A program made the translations under genes and the position numbers. Below the pieces are notes generated by a model that was not told where the DNA came from, did no database searches, and saw nothing but the letters and a program-made list of their open reading frames with translations. From Bdellovibrionota bacterium (GTDB taxonomy: Bacteria > Bdellovibrionota_G > JALEGL01 > DATDPG01): a stretch of 64,000 nucleotides of DNA. The stretch covers positions 2,304,001 to 2,368,000 of the forward strand of contig OY764265.1 in NCBI GenBank assembly GCA_963668355.1, read 5' to 3'. Positions 1 to 11,617 of the stretch are shown piece after piece (position 1 is the first letter of the stretch; the number at the start of each line of letters is the position of its first letter).

Positions 1-128
1 TCAATACGTTGGTGGTTCGTGGCAAGGTAAAGGCCATGGGACGCCACGTAGGCAAACGACCCAATTGGAAAAAAGCGATCGTGACCTTAAAAGAAGGTCA
101 CTCGATTGAAATGGCGGAGGGAGTGTAA
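1..128 (+). CDS. rplW: 50S ribosomal protein L23, 3' partial
   Basis: Manual translation from nt 3: [49 protein letters not shown] motif; directly upstream of rplB. Confidence 0.95.
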   Translation, partial: NTLVVRGKVKAMGRHVGKRPNWKKAIVTLKEGHSIEMAEGV

Positions 129-962
129 ATGGCAATCGTAAAATATAGGCCCACCACCCCGTCCCGACGTTTTATGACGAACGTGAGTTTTGATGAGCTT
201 TCGAACGTTCGCCCTGTGAAGGGGTTGACCGAACCAAAACGCAAAACTGGCGGCCGAAATAATCACGGTCGAATCACGTCTCGTTGGATCGGCGGCGGAC
301 ATAAGCAGCGTTATCGACGGATTGATTTCTTGCGAAGAGACAAAGAGGGGATCCCCGGAAAAGTTTCTTCCATCGAATATGATCCAAACCGTTCCACGAG
401 AATTGCGTTAATCACGTATCGAGATGGTGAAAAACGCTACATTCTTCATCCCCTGGGACTCAAGGTGGGGGCGGAAGTGTTGGCTGGGGAGAGAGCGGAA
501 ATCCGACCCGGAAATGCACTCATGCTCAAAAACATCCCCTTGGGAACGATGGTTCACAATCTTGAGCTCAAGGCTGGAAGGGGCGGTCAAGCCGTCCGAT
601 CAGCTGGCTCCGCGGCTCAGCTTATGGCGCGCGAAAATAAGTTTGCAAACTTGAGGCTCCCTTCCGGTGAAATTCGAAAAGTGCGAGAAGAATGCTATGC
701 GACCATCGGGCAGCTTTCCAATACCGATCACGAAAATATCACGATTGGTAAGGCGGGTAAGAGCCGGTGGTTGGGAAAAAATCCCCGTGTGCGTGGAACG
801 TGTATGAATCCGGTTGACCATCCTCATGGAGGTGGTGAAGGAAGGACCAAAGGCGGTCGTCATCCTGTTACACCTTGGGGGGTTCCGACTAAGGGGCACA
901 AAACACGTAAGAATAAACAGTCCGATAAGTTCATTGTTCAACGTAGAAAGAAGAAACGATAA
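129..962 (+). CDS. rplB: 50S ribosomal protein L2
   Basis: [17 protein letters not shown] and [13 protein letters not shown] motifs. Confidence 0.99.
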   Translation: MAIVKYRPTTPSRRFMTNVSFDELSNVRPVKGLTEPKRKTGGRNNHGRITSRWIGGGHKQRYRRIDFLRRDKEGIPGKVSSIEYDPNRSTRIALITYRDGEKRYILHPLGLKVGAEVLAGERAEIRPGNALMLKNIPLGTMVHNLELKAGRGGQAVRSAGSAAQLMARENKFANLRLPSGEIRKVREECYATIGQLSNTDHENITIGKAGKSRWLGKNPRVRGTCMNPVDHPHGGGEGRTKGGRHPVTPWGVPTKGHKTRKNKQSDKFIVQRRKKKR

Positions 963-1246
963 TGGGTAGAAGTACGAAAAAGGGACCCTTTGTAGACTCA
1001 TACCTCATCAAAAAAGTTGAGGAGTGTGAAAAACAAGGCGGTCGAAAAGTGATCAAAACATGGTCTCGTCGTTCAACCATCCTCCCTGAGTTTGTGGGAT
1101 TTACGTTTGCGATTCATAACGGTCGGAAGTTTCTCCCCATCTATGTGACAGAAAACATGGTGGGTCATCGCCTGGGTGAATTCGCGGCGACGAGAACGTT
1201 TCATCAACATTCGGGTGATCGAAAAACCGAAAAGGCAGGGAAGTAA
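962..1246 (+). CDS. rpsS: 30S ribosomal protein S19
   Basis: [15 protein letters not shown] and MVGHRLGEF motifs; operon position. Confidence 0.99.
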   Translation: MGRSTKKGPFVDSYLIKKVEECEKQGGRKVIKTWSRRSTILPEFVGFTFAIHNGRKFLPIYVTENMVGHRLGEFAATRTFHQHSGDRKTEKAGK

Positions 1247-1248
1247 TT

Positions 1249-1581
1249 ATGTCCGCTAAAGCCAGTGTGAAATTTGTTCGCGTACCTCCCAGAAAGGCTC
1301 GATTGGTCGCTGATATGGTTCGAGGAAAAGGAACCAATGAGGCCACAGCCATCCTTCGTTTTACGCCGAATAAAAGTGCCAAAATCTTGGGAAAACTTCT
1401 CAAAAGTGCAGTGGCCAACGCCACGGTGGACGGAAAAGCCGATGTCGACAATCTGTTCATTCGAGAGTTGATGGTCAACGAAGGGCCTGTCTTGAAGCGT
1501 TTTAAGCCTCGAGCACACGGACGTGCCACGCGTATCAATAAACGAACCAGCCATATTCACATGGTGTTAGCAGAGCGATAG
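1249..1581 (+). CDS. rplV: 50S ribosomal protein L22
   Basis: PRKARLVAD and RAHGRATRINKRTSHI motifs. Confidence 0.99.
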   Translation: MSAKASVKFVRVPPRKARLVADMVRGKGTNEATAILRFTPNKSAKILGKLLKSAVANATVDGKADVDNLFIRELMVNEGPVLKRFKPRAHGRATRINKRTSHIHMVLAER

Positions 1582-1590
1582 GAGAAGATT

Positions 1591-2265
1591 GTGGGACAGA
1601 AAGTAAATCCGGTTGGTCTTCGAATTGGTATTAATAAGCCCTGGAAGTCTCGTTGGTATGCCGACAAGGGGTATGGAAAACTTTTACGAGAAGATCTCCA
1701 AATCAAGCAGTTGTTGAAGAAAAAGCTTTATCATGCGGGCGTTTCTCGCATTGAAGTTGAACGAGCGGCAAATCGTTGTTCGGTGGATGTGTACAGCGCT
1801 CGTCCCGGAATCATTATCGGGAAACGCGGAGCGGGAATTGATTCTTTGAAGGCTGAACTTCAGCGAATGACCGGTAAGGAAGTTTTGATCAATATCAAAG
1901 AGGTCCGAAAAGCTGAGCTGGATGCTCAGCTCGTGGCTGAAAACATTGCCATGCAGTTGGAACGTCGGGTGGCGTATAGGCGCGTGATGAAGAGAGCCGT
2001 TCAATCTTCCATGAAGCTTGGAGCCAAAGGGGTTCGAATTAAGGTCGGAGGACGTTTGGGTGGTTCTGAAATTGCTCGAAAAGAGTGGCACCGAGAAGGT
2101 TCCGTTCCTCTTCATACGCTTCGAGCGGACATCGACTATGGTTTTACGGAAGCTAAAACCACCTATGGAATTATCGGCGTCAAAGTGTGGATTTGTAAGG
2201 GTGAAATCATTGATTTCCGTGGTGCAAAAGAAGAAGGCCCCATGGATCAGGTGGCAGCGAGGTAG
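1591..2265 (+). CDS. rpsC: 30S ribosomal protein S3
   Basis: [15 protein letters not shown] domain [22 protein letters not shown]. Confidence 0.99.
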   Translation: MGQKVNPVGLRIGINKPWKSRWYADKGYGKLLREDLQIKQLLKKKLYHAGVSRIEVERAANRCSVDVYSARPGIIIGKRGAGIDSLKAELQRMTGKEVLINIKEVRKAELDAQLVAENIAMQLERRVAYRRVMKRAVQSSMKLGAKGVRIKVGGRLGGSEIARKEWHREGSVPLHTLRADIDYGFTEAKTTYGIIGVKVWICKGEIIDFRGAKEEGPMDQVAAR

Positions 2266-2268
2266 ACG

Positions 2269-2682
2269 ATGTTACAACCGGCGAGAGTTAAATATCGAAA
2301 ACAACAAAAGGGACGGATGACGGGTGCAGCCCATCGGGGTTCGTCGCTGGCTTTTGGAGACTATGGTCTCAAAGCCATGGAATGTGGAAGAATTACCGGG
2401 CGTCAGTTGGAAGCTGCTCGAATCACGATTTCTCGTTTCATTAAACGAGGTGGAAAGATTTGGATTCGAATGTTTCCAGATAAACCTGTAACGAAGAAAC
2501 CTGCTGAAGTTCGAATGGGTAAAGGTAAGGGCTCTCCAGAATATTGGGTGGCTGTCATTAAGCCCGGTCGCATTTTGTATGAAATGGAAGGGGTTTCGCC
2601 GGACGTGGCTAGAGAGGCGTTTCGTTTGGCATCTCATAAGCTTCCCTTAAAAACCCGTTTTGTGTCGCGAGGTGAACAATGA
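2269..2682 (+). CDS. rplP: 50S ribosomal protein L16
   Basis: [12 protein letters not shown] motif. Confidence 0.99.
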   Translation: MLQPARVKYRKQQKGRMTGAAHRGSSLAFGDYGLKAMECGRITGRQLEAARITISRFIKRGGKIWIRMFPDKPVTKKPAEVRMGKGKGSPEYWVAVIKPGRILYEMEGVSPDVAREAFRLASHKLPLKTRFVSRGEQ

Positions 2683-2918
2683 GCGAAAAACAACATCGAA
2701 AAGAAGATATGGCCAGCCTCCGCTCTTTGAAACTTGAAGAACTGGCTGCCCAGAACAAAGAGATGACTGAAGAGGTTTTTTGGCTGGATTGGAAACACAA
2801 GAGTGGCCAGGTGGAAAACACAGCCAGCATTCGAAATGCCCGACGAAAAGTGGCTCGAATTCGAACGCTTATTCGGGAGAAAGAAATGGCTGAAAAAGGT
2901 CAGGGAGCAAAGTCATGA
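2679..2918 (+). CDS. rpmC: 50S ribosomal protein L29
   Basis: Between rplP and rps[18 protein letters not shown] helix. Confidence 0.93.
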   Translation: MSEKQHRKEDMASLRSLKLEELAAQNKEMTEEVFWLDWKHKSGQVENTASIRNARRKVARIRTLIREKEMAEKGQGAKS

Positions 2919-3205
2919 AGGAACGTGGACAACGAAAAGAATTGGTTGGAATCGTAATCCGTAACAAGATGGACAAGACCGTCATCGTTCAGACAAGTCG
3001 ACGGATTGCACATAAGATTTACGGGAAGACCATTGTTCATAAAAACAAATACTACGCTCATGATGAAAAAGGTATCGGGAACCTGGGAGACACGGTCCGC
3101 ATTCGTCAAACCCGTCCTTTGAGCCGACTCAAACGATGGTCTGTTGTTGAAGTCGTCCGAGCCGCAAGCTTGGCGCAGGCTGAACGCCTGGGAGGTGGAG
3201 CGTGA
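2915..3205 (+). CDS. rpsQ: 30S ribosomal protein S17
   Basis: [14 protein letters not shown] and [10 protein letters not shown] motifs. Confidence 0.98.
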   Translation: MKERGQRKELVGIVIRNKMDKTVIVQTSRRIAHKIYGKTIVHKNKYYAHDEKGIGNLGDTVRIRQTRPLSRLKRWSVVEVVRAASLAQAERLGGGA

Positions 3206-3570
3206 TCCAAGTTCAAACACGACTGGCCGTAGCAGACAACTCTGGTGCAAAAGAAGTCCAGTGCATCAAGGTGCTCGGCGGGTCCAAACGAAAATTTGCC
3301 GGTGTTGGCGACATTATTGTTGTGGCTGTTAAGGATGCCATTCCCAATGCCAAGGTAAAAAAAGGTGATGTGAAGCGAGCCGTAATTGTTCGAACGAGTA
3401 AAGAAATTCCTCGAAAAGATGGAACCTATATTCGCTTTGATGACAATTCTGCGGTTTTGTTGACGGGTGATCAGGAGCCAATCGGAACGCGTATTTTTGG
3501 TCCTGTGGCTCGTGAATTGCGTGCCAAGAACTTTATGAAGATTGTTTCGTTGGCACCGGAGGTGTTGTAG
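3202..3570 (+). CDS. rplN: 50S ribosomal protein L14
   Basis: VADNSGAK and [13 protein letters not shown] motifs. Confidence 0.99.
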   Translation: MIQVQTRLAVADNSGAKEVQCIKVLGGSKRKFAGVGDIIVVAVKDAIPNAKVKKGDVKRAVIVRTSKEIPRKDGTYIRFDDNSAVLLTGDQEPIGTRIFGPVARELRAKNFMKIVSLAPEVL

Positions 3571-3572
3571 CC

Positions 3573-3920
3573 ATGCGAGTGGAAAAAAGAGCCAATCAAG
3601 CGATTCGAAAGAACGATATTGTTCAGGTCACAACGGGAAAAGAGGCTGGAAAACGCGGAAAAGTATTGAGCGTGTGGACGCCTAAGGATCGTTTGATCGT
3701 AGAAAAAATTAATATGGTTAAGCGGCATCAGAAGCCCAATCAGCAGAATCGACAAGGTGGAATCATTGAGAAAGAAGCATCTCTGCATTTGTCGAATGTG
3801 ATGCTGGTTTGTGACAAATGCAATCGTCCGGTTCGTGTTCGGTTTCAAAAGAATAAGGACGGCGATTCGGAGCGAATTTGTCATGCCTGCGGTGCAGTTG
3901 TTGCGAAGAAGCAAGGATAG
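3573..3920 (+). CDS. rplX: 50S ribosomal protein L24
   Basis: KOW-like GKEAGKRGKV, GGIIEKEASLHLSNV; carries CxxC..CxxC. Confidence 0.98.
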   Translation: MRVEKRANQAIRKNDIVQVTTGKEAGKRGKVLSVWTPKDRLIVEKINMVKRHQKPNQQNRQGGIIEKEASLHLSNVMLVCDKCNRPVRVRFQKNKDGDSERICHACGAVVAKKQG

Positions 3921-3929
3921 GAGTGAATC

Positions 3930-4475
3930 ATGACGCCGCGATTGAAAGAGAAATATCAAAATGAGGCAGTTCCCAAGCTTATGGAACAATTTAAGTATGG
4001 GAATAAAATGGAAGTTCCTCGTTTGGAAAAAATTACGATCAATATGGGATTGGGAAAGGCTTTGGAAGATCCCAAGTTGATTCAATCAGCTGTGGGTGAT
4101 TTAGCGGCCATTACAGGACAACGCCCGGTCGTCACTCAAGCGAAGAAAGCCATTTCCAATTTTAAACTTCGGAAGGGCTTGCAAATTGGTGCTTCTGTAA
4201 CTCTGCGAGCCTCACGAATGTATGAGTTTTTAGATCGATTTTGCAATGTCGCTCTTCCTCGGGTGCGAGACTTTAAAGGAATTCCCTCAAAGTCTTTTGA
4301 TCATCGTGGGAACTACACGGTGGGTATTCGGGAGCACATCATCTTTCCGGAGATCGACGTCGATAAAATGGAAAGACCCATTGGAATGAATATTACGTTT
4401 GTTACTACGGCCAAAACTGATGAAGAAGGAAAAAGTTTGTTGAAGCTTCTCGGTATGCCTTTCCGAGAGAACTAG
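3930..4475 (+). CDS. rplE: 50S ribosomal protein L5
   Basis: [10 protein letters not shown] and IFPEID motifs. Confidence 0.99.
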   Translation: MTPRLKEKYQNEAVPKLMEQFKYGNKMEVPRLEKITINMGLGKALEDPKLIQSAVGDLAAITGQRPVVTQAKKAISNFKLRKGLQIGASVTLRASRMYEFLDRFCNVALPRVRDFKGIPSKSFDHRGNYTVGIREHIIFPEIDVDKMERPIGMNITFVTTAKTDEEGKSLLKLLGMPFREN

Positions 4476-4485
4476 GAGCAAAACT

Positions 4486-4671
4486 ATGGCAAAAACGTCA
4501 CTTAGAGCTAAAGCGAGACGAAAAAATAAATTTTCGGTTCGAAACTATAATCGATGCCCCCTGTGCGGCCGGCCGAGGGCTTATTACCGAAAATTTGAAA
4601 TGTGTCGACTTTGCTTTCGAAAACTAGCGCATCAGGGAGAAATTCCGGGTGTGACAAAGGCGAGTTGGTAG
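4486..4671 (+). CDS. rpsN: 30S ribosomal protein S14, short Zn-binding (C+) type
   Basis: 61 aa; [24 protein letters not shown]. Confidence 0.98.
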   Translation: MAKTSLRAKARRKNKFSVRNYNRCPLCGRPRAYYRKFEMCRLCFRKLAHQGEIPGVTKASW

Positions 4672-4680
4672 GAGAGAACG

Positions 4681-5079
4681 ATGTATACAGATCCCATTGC
4701 AGATTTTTTGACGCGCATTCGAAATGGCTTGCAGGCCAAACATGAATCGATTGAAGCACCCCTATCGAAATCCAAGATTCGATTGAGTGAGATTTTGAAA
4801 GAGGAAGGTTTTGTGTCTGATTTTCGTGTGATGCAACCCAAAGATGCTCCTGGGAGCATTCGGGTATTTTTGCGCTACCACCAAGATGGCTCCCCGATGA
4901 TCCAAAAAATCGAGCGAGTGAGCACTCCGGGGTGTCGTGTTTATGCGTCTGTCGAAGATTTGGATGAACAACTGGGCGGAATTGCCACAACGATCGTGTC
5001 GACGTCTAAGGGTGTCATGACGGATCGACAAGCACGAGAAGTCAACGCGGGCGGCGAAGTCCTTTGTAAAGTGTATTAG
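4681..5079 (+). CDS. rpsH: 30S ribosomal protein S8
   Basis: DPIADFLTRIRN and STSKGVMTD motifs. Confidence 0.99.
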   Translation: MYTDPIADFLTRIRNGLQAKHESIEAPLSKSKIRLSEILKEEGFVSDFRVMQPKDAPGSIRVFLRYHQDGSPMIQKIERVSTPGCRVYASVEDLDEQLGGIATTIVSTSKGVMTDRQAREVNAGGEVLCKVY

Positions 5080-5088
5080 AGGTGAGCG

Positions 5089-5637
5089 ATGTCTAGAATT
5101 GGAAAACTACCGGTAGCCATTCCCAAAGGGGTGAAAACCTCATTGAGTGGGCAGACTCTTCAAGCAGAAGGTCCCAAAGGGAAATTGGCCATGGAAATCA
5201 ATCCAGCAATTTCGGTTGAAGTGAGTGAGTCTGAAATCGTTTGCAAAATGAACAACCCCGAAGAGCCAACAAGCAAACCTCTCTACGGATTGACTCGAAG
5301 CCTTGTCAATAATTTGGTTATTGGGGTCTCGACGGGATTTAAAAAAGAATTGGAAATTCAGGGCACAGGGTACCGGGCTTTTCTGAAAGGGAAAGAGCTG
5401 GAACTCAATGTTGGGCACTCGCACCCCGTTCTTTATCCCATTCCGGATGGCATCACCATTAATGTGGAAAAGAATGTAAAGATTGCTATCGAAGGTGCCG
5501 ACAAACAATTGGTCGGGCAAACGGCTGCTGAGATTAGAGGGTTCCGCAAGCCGGAGCCGTATAAGGGAAAAGGCATCAAGTATGCGGATGAAGTCATTCG
5601 CAAGAAGGCTGGTAAGACAGCTGCAGCGGGCTCTTAA
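5089..5637 (+). CDS. rplF: 50S ribosomal protein L6
   Basis: MSRIGKLP and PEPYKGKGIKY motifs. Confidence 0.99.
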   Translation: MSRIGKLPVAIPKGVKTSLSGQTLQAEGPKGKLAMEINPAISVEVSESEIVCKMNNPEEPTSKPLYGLTRSLVNNLVIGVSTGFKKELEIQGTGYRAFLKGKELELNVGHSHPVLYPIPDGITINVEKNVKIAIEGADKQLVGQTAAEIRGFRKPEPYKGKGIKYADEVIRKKAGKTAAAGS

Positions 5638-5652
5638 AAAAAGGGAATCGTC

Positions 5653-6018
5653 ATGAACTCAAAAGAACGAAATGAAGCAAGATTGATTCGAAAAGGACGG
5701 GTACGTCGGAAGATTTTGAAAAACTCCGAGCATCCACGTTTAACGGTATTTCGAAGCGGAAAACATATTTATGCTCAAATCATTGATGATCGCGAGCATA
5801 AGACGTTGGCCTCTGCCAGCACCATGTCCAAAGAGCTCAAACAGGATCTTCAAAAGACGGGTGATGTGGAAGCTGCGAAAAAAGTGGGGCAATTGCTGGC
5901 TCAAAAGGCCAAGGACCTCAACTTGGAAACCCTGAGTTTTGATCGAAACGGATATATTTTTCATGGTCGTGTGAAAGCTCTTGCGGATGCGGCCCGTGAA
6001 GCAGGTCTAAAGTTTTAG
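5653..6018 (+). CDS. rplR: 50S ribosomal protein L18
   Basis: PRLTVFRS and [21 protein letters not shown] motifs. Confidence 0.99.
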   Translation: MNSKERNEARLIRKGRVRRKILKNSEHPRLTVFRSGKHIYAQIIDDREHKTLASASTMSKELKQDLQKTGDVEAAKKVGQLLAQKAKDLNLETLSFDRNGYIFHGRVKALADAAREAGLKF

Positions 6019-6032
6019 GAGAGGCGGAAGAA

Positions 6033-6548
6033 GTGGCAGAACAAATTGAATCAGGTGAAGTAACACTGGTCGACAATGTCGTTAAAGTAAATCGCGTTGC
6101 CAAAGTCGTAAAAGGTGGTCGTCGTTTTAGTTTTTCCGCTTTGGTTGTGGTCGGAGATCGTCAAGGTCGAGTGGGATACGGCATGGGAAAGGCCAACGAG
6201 GTTCCCGAGGCCATTCGTAAGGCTGGGGAAAAAGCGAAAAAGAGTCTGATCCAGGTTCCAATCAAAAATGGAACCATCACGCACGAAATCACGGGAGTGT
6301 ATGGTGCGGGTCGAGTCTTGTTGAAGCCGGCAAGCGATGGTACCGGAGTTATTGCCGGGGGTATTGTTCGAGCCGTAGTGGAGGCAGCCGGAATCCAAGA
6401 CATTCTGACGAAATCTTTGGGTTCGTCCAATCCCCATAATGTGGTTAAGGCCACCATGGATGCTTTGGCCAGATTAAGAGACCCAGAAAAGGTATTGGCG
6501 AGCCGGAAAGGCATAATCGCAGAAAACGCTGAGCAAGTAGCGAGGTAG
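6033..6548 (+). CDS. rpsE: 30S ribosomal protein S5
   Basis: [22 protein letters not shown]. Confidence 0.99.
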   Translation: MAEQIESGEVTLVDNVVKVNRVAKVVKGGRRFSFSALVVVGDRQGRVGYGMGKANEVPEAIRKAGEKAKKSLIQVPIKNGTITHEITGVYGAGRVLLKPASDGTGVIAGGIVRAVVEAAGIQDILTKSLGSSNPHNVVKATMDALARLRDPEKVLASRKGIIAENAEQVAR

Positions 6549-6550
6549 TC

Positions 6551-6880
6551 ATGGAAAAGATCCAAATTAAATTGAAACGAGGTTTGGCTCGAACGACAGA
6601 GGTTCAACGAGCCAATTTGAAAGGGCTGGGTTTGCGAAAACGTGAATCCATTTCAATCGTGGCAGATACCGAAGCCAATCGTGGGATGATTCGCAGAGTT
6701 ATTCATATGTTGGATGTATCTCGGCCAAACGCGGAAAGCGAAACCAAGAAGTCAGGTGTCGCGGTTGAAGTGAAACCGGTCTCCACGGAAGCTAAAAAAG
6801 CAGCTCCCAAGAAGAAAACGACTAAGAAAAAAGTCGCTAAAAAAACAGCGACCAAGTCGACGAAGGAGAAAAAGTCATGA
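6551..6880 (+). CDS. rpmD: 50S ribosomal protein L30 with Lys/Ala/Thr-rich C-terminal extension
   Basis: Between rpsE and rplO; LKGLGLRK..NRGMIRRVIHML core plus about 50 aa basic tail. Confidence 0.92.
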   Translation: MEKIQIKLKRGLARTTEVQRANLKGLGLRKRESISIVADTEANRGMIRRVIHMLDVSRPNAESETKKSGVAVEVKPVSTEAKKAAPKKKTTKKKVAKKTATKSTKEKKS

Positions 6881-7326
6881 TGAACCTTTCAAATTTAGCA
6901 GCCCCCAAGGGAGCTCGAAAAAATCGTAAACGTTTGGGTCGAGGAGAAAGCTCCGGGCAAGGAAAGACCGCTGGAAAAGGTAACAAAGGTCAAAACGCTC
7001 GTGCTGGTGCGAAGCGAAAATCAGGATTTGAAGGAGGCCAAATGCCCATGCATCGACGTCTTCCCAAGTTCGGATTTACAAATATTTTTAGAGAGGATCG
7101 AGTCCACGTCAAGCTGTCTGATTTAAACGGCTTTGAGGATGGGACGACGGTAGATATGGAAGCTTTGAAAGAGGCTGGCCTGGTTCGACGTAAATTTGAG
7201 GGTCGGATTAAGGTGTTAGGTAACGGTGAGTTGTCGAAAAAACTCACGGTTAAAGTGAACTCTTTCAGTCAGTCGGCGAAAGCTGCGATTGAAAAAGCAG
7301 GGGGTCAAACGGAGGTTGTGAGCTAA
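6877..7326 (+). CDS. rplO: 50S ribosomal protein L15
   Basis: RLGRGESSGQGKTAGKG and GFEGGQMP motifs. Confidence 0.99.
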   Translation: MMNLSNLAAPKGARKNRKRLGRGESSGQGKTAGKGNKGQNARAGAKRKSGFEGGQMPMHRRLPKFGFTNIFREDRVHVKLSDLNGFEDGTTVDMEALKEAGLVRRKFEGRIKVLGNGELSKKLTVKVNSFSQSAKAAIEKAGGQTEVVS

Positions 7327-7330
7327 TACC

Positions 7331-8644
7331 ATGGCATCTTTTGGAAACATGGCCAAAATTCCGGAGCTTAGGCGCCGGATCCTTGTCACTTTGGCATTGA
7401 TTGGCGTCTTTCGTTTGGGCGTTCACATTCCCTGTCCGGGAATTGATGCGGGTGCATTGGCTCGCTTTTTTGAAGCCCAACAGGGAACACTGTTTGATGT
7501 CTTTAATGTGTTCAGTGGCGGAGCTTTGCAGCGGTTTTCCATTTTTGCTTTGGGCATTATGCCCTACATCAGTGCCTCGATCATTTTGCAGCTTTTGACG
7601 GTGGTTTTCCCTCATTTGGAAAACCTTCGAAAAGAAGGCGAAATGGGGCAGAGAAAAATTACGCAATACACGCGGTATTTGACGGTGGTTTTGAGCGCCA
7701 TTCAAGGTTTCGGAATTGCCTCTTGGTTGGAAAGTGTGGAAGCGGGAGGAGCTTCTTCCATCGTTTTGAACCCTGGAATGGGATTTAAAGTCATGACGGT
7801 CATCACTTTGGCTTCAGGAACATCTTTCTTGATGTGGCTGGGTGAACAAATGACTGAACGAGGGATTGGAAACGGAATCTCGCTTATCATTTTTGCTGGA
7901 ATTGTAGCCGGTCTTCCAAGTGCCATGGTGAGTACGTTCGAATTGGCAAAAGCTGGCCAGTTAGGTCCTTTAGGCGTGTTGGGGATTTTGGCGTTTGCAT
8001 TGGTTGTCATTTACGGAATTATTTATTTCGAGCAATCTCAACGAAGAATTCCCGTTCAATATGCTAAGCGTGTGGTGGGGCGTCGCATGTATCAGGGGCA
8101 AAGCACGCACCTGCCTTTGAAGTTGAACATGTCCGGAGTGATTCCTCCCATTTTTGCCAGTTCCTTGCTGATGTTTCCTGCGACGCTGGCACAATTTTCC
8201 AACGTGAGCTGGATGAATGTCATTACTGACCAGTTGCATCCTGCGGGATGGATCTACAATGTCGTCATGGTCGGACTCATCATTTTCTTCTGCTACTTTT
8301 ATACAGCGGTTCAGTTTAATCCGGACGATGTGGCTGAAAATATGAAGAAGTTTGGTGGCTATGTTCCTGGGATTCGGCCGGGAAAGAACACAGCTCAATA
8401 CATTGAACGCGTGGTCGAGCGAATTACTTTGGTGGGTTCATTATATTTGGCCGCAGTCTGCGTCATTCCGGTTTTGCTGCAAGGTCAAGTGGGCGTTACG
8501 TTTTATTTCGGTGGCACAAGCTTGTTGATTGTCGTTGGTGTGGCTTTGGATACGGTGGCGCAAATTGAATCGCATTTGGTCAGTCATCACTATGATGGAT
8601 TTTTGGGACAAAAAGGCGGTCGAATGAGAGGACGGAGGGGATGA
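7331..8644 (+). CDS. secY: Preprotein translocase SecY
   Basis: SIFALGIMPYISASII, GIGNGISLIIF and VPGIRPG motifs; multiple TM segments. Confidence 0.99.
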   Translation: MASFGNMAKIPELRRRILVTLALIGVFRLGVHIPCPGIDAGALARFFEAQQGTLFDVFNVFSGGALQRFSIFALGIMPYISASIILQLLTVVFPHLENLRKEGEMGQRKITQYTRYLTVVLSAIQGFGIASWLESVEAGGASSIVLNPGMGFKVMTVITLASGTSFLMWLGEQMTERGIGNGISLIIFAGIVAGLPSAMVSTFELAKAGQLGPLGVLGILAFALVVIYGIIYFEQSQRRIPVQYAKRVVGRRMYQGQSTHLPLKLNMSGVIPPIFASSLLMFPATLAQFSNVSWMNVITDQLHPAGWIYNVVMVGLIIFFCYFYTAVQFNPDDVAENMKKFGGYVPGIRPGKNTAQYIERVVERITLVGSLYLAAVCVIPVLLQGQVGVTFYFGGTSLLIVVGVALDTVAQIESHLVSHHYDGFLGQKGGRMRGRRG

Positions 8645-9288
8645 TGGATGTCGTTCTTCTAGGACCTCCGGGCGCCGGAAAAGGAACCCAGGCTGTAGGA
8701 ATGTCCACACGCTTTCATTTAAAGCATATTTCCACCGGGGATTTGCTTCGGGTGGCTGTGAAAGAAGGTACCGCACTTGGGAAAGAAGCCGAAAGTTTTA
8801 TGAAACAAGGTGCTTTGGTCCCGGATGAATTGATTCTAAAACTCATTCAGGAAGCGTTGCCGGAAGACCAAGGAGTGCTCTTTGATGGTTTTCCCAGAAA
8901 TGTGCTTCAGGCCAAAGCTTTGCGAGAGGTCTTGGAGGCAAAACATCGCACGTTGTCGGCTGTGATTAATTTGTCATTGGCGGATGAAGACGTGATTCAA
9001 AGGCTTTGTGGAAGACGTCAGTGTGCGAATTGTGGTGCAATTTATCACGTTGATCATAATCCCACCGAGAAAGAGGGAGTTTGTGACAAATGTGGTGGAG
9101 AGGTTTATCAGAGAGCTGATGACCAAGAGTCCACCATCAAGAATCGAATTGCGGTGTATCACGAACAAACGAAACCTTTGGTTGAGTTTTACACCAATGA
9201 GAATTTGATTGAGTCGGTGGATGCAGGGAAAGCTCCTGAAGTCGTGGGAAAAATGGTTGATGAGAGGATGGAGGCTCGAAGAGGATGA
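8641..9288 (+). CDS. adk: Adenylate kinase (Zn-binding LID)
   Basis: GPPGAGKGTQA, FDGFPR; CANC..CDKC in the LID. Confidence 0.98.
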   Translation: MMDVVLLGPPGAGKGTQAVGMSTRFHLKHISTGDLLRVAVKEGTALGKEAESFMKQGALVPDELILKLIQEALPEDQGVLFDGFPRNVLQAKALREVLEAKHRTLSAVINLSLADEDVIQRLCGRRQCANCGAIYHVDHNPTEKEGVCDKCGGEVYQRADDQESTIKNRIAVYHEQTKPLVEFYTNENLIESVDAGKAPEVVGKMVDERMEARRG

Positions 9289-10034
9289 TTCCGCTTAAGA
9301 CCAAAGCAGAAATCGAACTTCTTCGGCAGGCCAATCAAATCGTGGCCGAGGCTCGAGATTCCATTCGTGCAATGGCTGAGCCCGGAATAACGACGTTGGA
9401 ACTGGATGAACATGCTGAAAAGTTGATGGCCAAGCGCGGAGCAAAACCGGCCTTTAAAGGCTATCGAGGCTTTCCTGCAACCATTTGCGTTTCCATCAAT
9501 AACGAGGTGGTTCATGGAATCCCCGGTAAGCGAAAATTGAAAGAAGGCGATCTCGTTAGTGTTGATTTAGGGTCCATTTTTGAAGGATTCTATGGAGATT
9601 CAGCCCTTTCTTTTGCGGTGGGTCAGGTCTCGGAAGAAGCTGAGCGGCTTATGCGAGTGACGCGAGAGTCTTTGTATAAGGGGATCGAAGCTGCGCAACC
9701 TGGCAATCGATTGCATGATATCAGCGCTGCGGTTCAGGAACACTGTGAAGCCCAGGGCTTCTCAATTGTAAAAGATTTTGTGGGGCATGGAATTGGGCGT
9801 GCGCTGCATGAAGATCCTCAAGTTCCGAACTTTGGAACAAGGGGAACCGGTCCAAAGTTGCAACCAGGGATGGTGTTGGCCATTGAGCCTATGGTTAATG
9901 CAGGTGGAGCTGAGGTCCAGGTTTTGGATGATGGTTGGACGGCGGTGACCAGAGATGGAAGCTTGTCGGCCCATTTTGAACACTCCATCGCGATTACGGA
10001 AGACGGTCCCGTAATTTTGAGTGAAGGAGTCTAA
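9285..10034 (+). CDS. map: Type I methionine aminopeptidase
   Basis: VVHGIP, GHGIG..HEDP, AIEPM and SAHFEH motifs. Confidence 0.98.
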   Translation: MIPLKTKAEIELLRQANQIVAEARDSIRAMAEPGITTLELDEHAEKLMAKRGAKPAFKGYRGFPATICVSINNEVVHGIPGKRKLKEGDLVSVDLGSIFEGFYGDSALSFAVGQVSEEAERLMRVTRESLYKGIEAAQPGNRLHDISAAVQEHCEAQGFSIVKDFVGHGIGRALHEDPQVPNFGTRGTGPKLQPGMVLAIEPMVNAGGAEVQVLDDGWTAVTRDGSLSAHFEHSIAITEDGPVILSEGV

Positions 10035-10044
10035 GGAGAAGACG

Positions 10045-10158
10045 ATGAAAGTTCGCACTTCGGTAAAGAAAATTTGTGACAAATGTAAGGTCATTAAACG
10101 AAAAGGTGTGGTTCGTGTGATTTGCACGAATCCGCGTCATAAACAAAGACAAGGGTAA
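10045..10158 (+). CDS. rpmJ: 50S ribosomal protein L36 (C+); below the ORF-track size cutoff
   Basis: Manual translation [46 protein letters not shown]. Confidence 0.98.
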   Translation: MKVRTSVKKICDKCKVIKRKGVVRVICTNPRHKQRQG

Positions 10159-10169
10159 GGAGTCAAAAC

Positions 10170-10550
10170 GTGGCACGAATTGCAGGAGTAGATTTACCTC
10201 GGGCCAAGCGAATGGAAATCGCTTTGACGAAGATTTTTGGTGTTGGACAAACAACTGCGCGAGAGATTTGCGAACGTGCAAATGTCGAGTTCTTTAAAAA
10301 GACGGACGATCTCACCGAAGGCGAAATTGTTCGCATTCGTGAGATTATCGATCGGGACTATCGTGTTGAGGGTGATTTGAGGCGTGAGGTTACGGCCAAC
10401 ATCAAACGACTCATGGATTTGGGATGTTATCGAGGTCTACGACACCGAAGAGGTTTGCCTGTGCGTGGACAGCGAACGCATACGAATGCTCGGACGAGAA
10501 AAGGTAAACGTCGAGCGGCAATTAAGATTAATGCTCCGGCTGGGAAGTAA
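10170..10550 (+). CDS. rpsM: 30S ribosomal protein S13
   Basis: [26 protein letters not shown]. Confidence 0.99.
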   Translation: MARIAGVDLPRAKRMEIALTKIFGVGQTTAREICERANVEFFKKTDDLTEGEIVRIREIIDRDYRVEGDLRREVTANIKRLMDLGCYRGLRHRRGLPVRGQRTHTNARTRKGKRRAAIKINAPAGK

Positions 10551-10561
10551 CGAGGAATATC

Positions 10562-10960
10562 ATGGCTGACGAAAAAGGAAAAAAGACTCATAAACGTAAA
10601 GCGGCGAAAAAGAACGTTCCGTTTGGTGTGGCTCACATTCAAGCGACGTTCAATAACACGATCATTACAATCAGTGAGCCCAACGGAAGCGTTGTCTCTT
10701 GGTCAACAGCGGGATCTCACAACTTCAAGGGATCCAAGAAATCCACGCCATTCGCGGCTGAAGTGGCTGCGCAAGCTGCGGGTAAAGCGGCGATGGAACA
10801 CGGGATGCGTGCTGTTGATGTCGAAGTGAAAGGTCCTGGAGCTGGGCGCGAGGCTGCAATTCGTGCTTTGCAACACTGTGGGCTGAAAGTAAATGCCATT
10901 CGCGACGTCACGCCTATTCCTCACAATGGATGTCGGCCAGCGAAACGTAGGCGAGTTTAG
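10562..10960 (+). CDS. rpsK: 30S ribosomal protein S11
   Basis: KSTPFAAE and [12 protein letters not shown] motifs. Confidence 0.99.
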   Translation: MADEKGKKTHKRKAAKKNVPFGVAHIQATFNNTIITISEPNGSVVSWSTAGSHNFKGSKKSTPFAAEVAAQAAGKAAMEHGMRAVDVEVKGPGAGREAAIRALQHCGLKVNAIRDVTPIPHNGCRPAKRRRV

Positions 10961-10972
10961 GAGGATAGGGAA

Positions 10973-11599
10973 ATGGCACGGTATAGAGAGTCAGTTTGTC
11001 GAATTTGTCGACGAGAAGGTTTTAAGTTGTTCCTTAAGGGAGATCGATGTTTCACAGATAAATGTGCCATCGATCGTCGAGGTTATCCTCCCGGACAACA
11101 TGGAATGGGGAGAACCAAGGTTTCGAACTATGGAACCCACCTCCGGGAAAAACAAAAAATTCGAAGAATGTATGGTGTTTTGGAAAAGCAATTCCGAAAG
11201 TATTTCGTAGAGGCTGCACGCTTGAAAGGGAATACGGGAGCCAACCTTCTTCTTTTGTTGGAACAGCGCCTGGACAATGTTGTTTACCGGTTGGGTATGG
11301 CCAGTTCTCGAAATGAGGCCAGGCAGTATGTTCGTCATGGCCATTTTGAAGTGAATGGAAGACGCGTGGATCTTCCCGCCTATCAAATTAAAATGGGTGA
11401 CAAGATCGTTGTAAGAGAAAAAAGTCGAAAGATTACACAGCTCAACTTGGCTTTGGACGCTGTGGAACGAAAAGGAATCCCCGCATGGCTCGAGTTAAAT
11501 CGGGAAGCCTATGAAGGCACGGTTCGCACGTTACCGACGCGCGAAGAATTAACCATGCCGATGCAAGAACAATTGGTCGTCGAGTTTTACTCGAAATAA
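10973..11599 (+). CDS. rpsD: 30S ribosomal protein S4
   Basis: [21 protein letters not shown] and VVEFYSK motifs. Confidence 0.99.
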   Translation: MARYRESVCRICRREGFKLFLKGDRCFTDKCAIDRRGYPPGQHGMGRTKVSNYGTHLREKQKIRRMYGVLEKQFRKYFVEAARLKGNTGANLLLLLEQRLDNVVYRLGMASSRNEARQYVRHGHFEVNGRRVDLPAYQIKMGDKIVVREKSRKITQLNLALDAVERKGIPAWLELNREAYEGTVRTLPTREELTMPMQEQLVVEFYSK

Positions 11600-11617
11600 G
11601 AACATTTGGAGGTCCGC

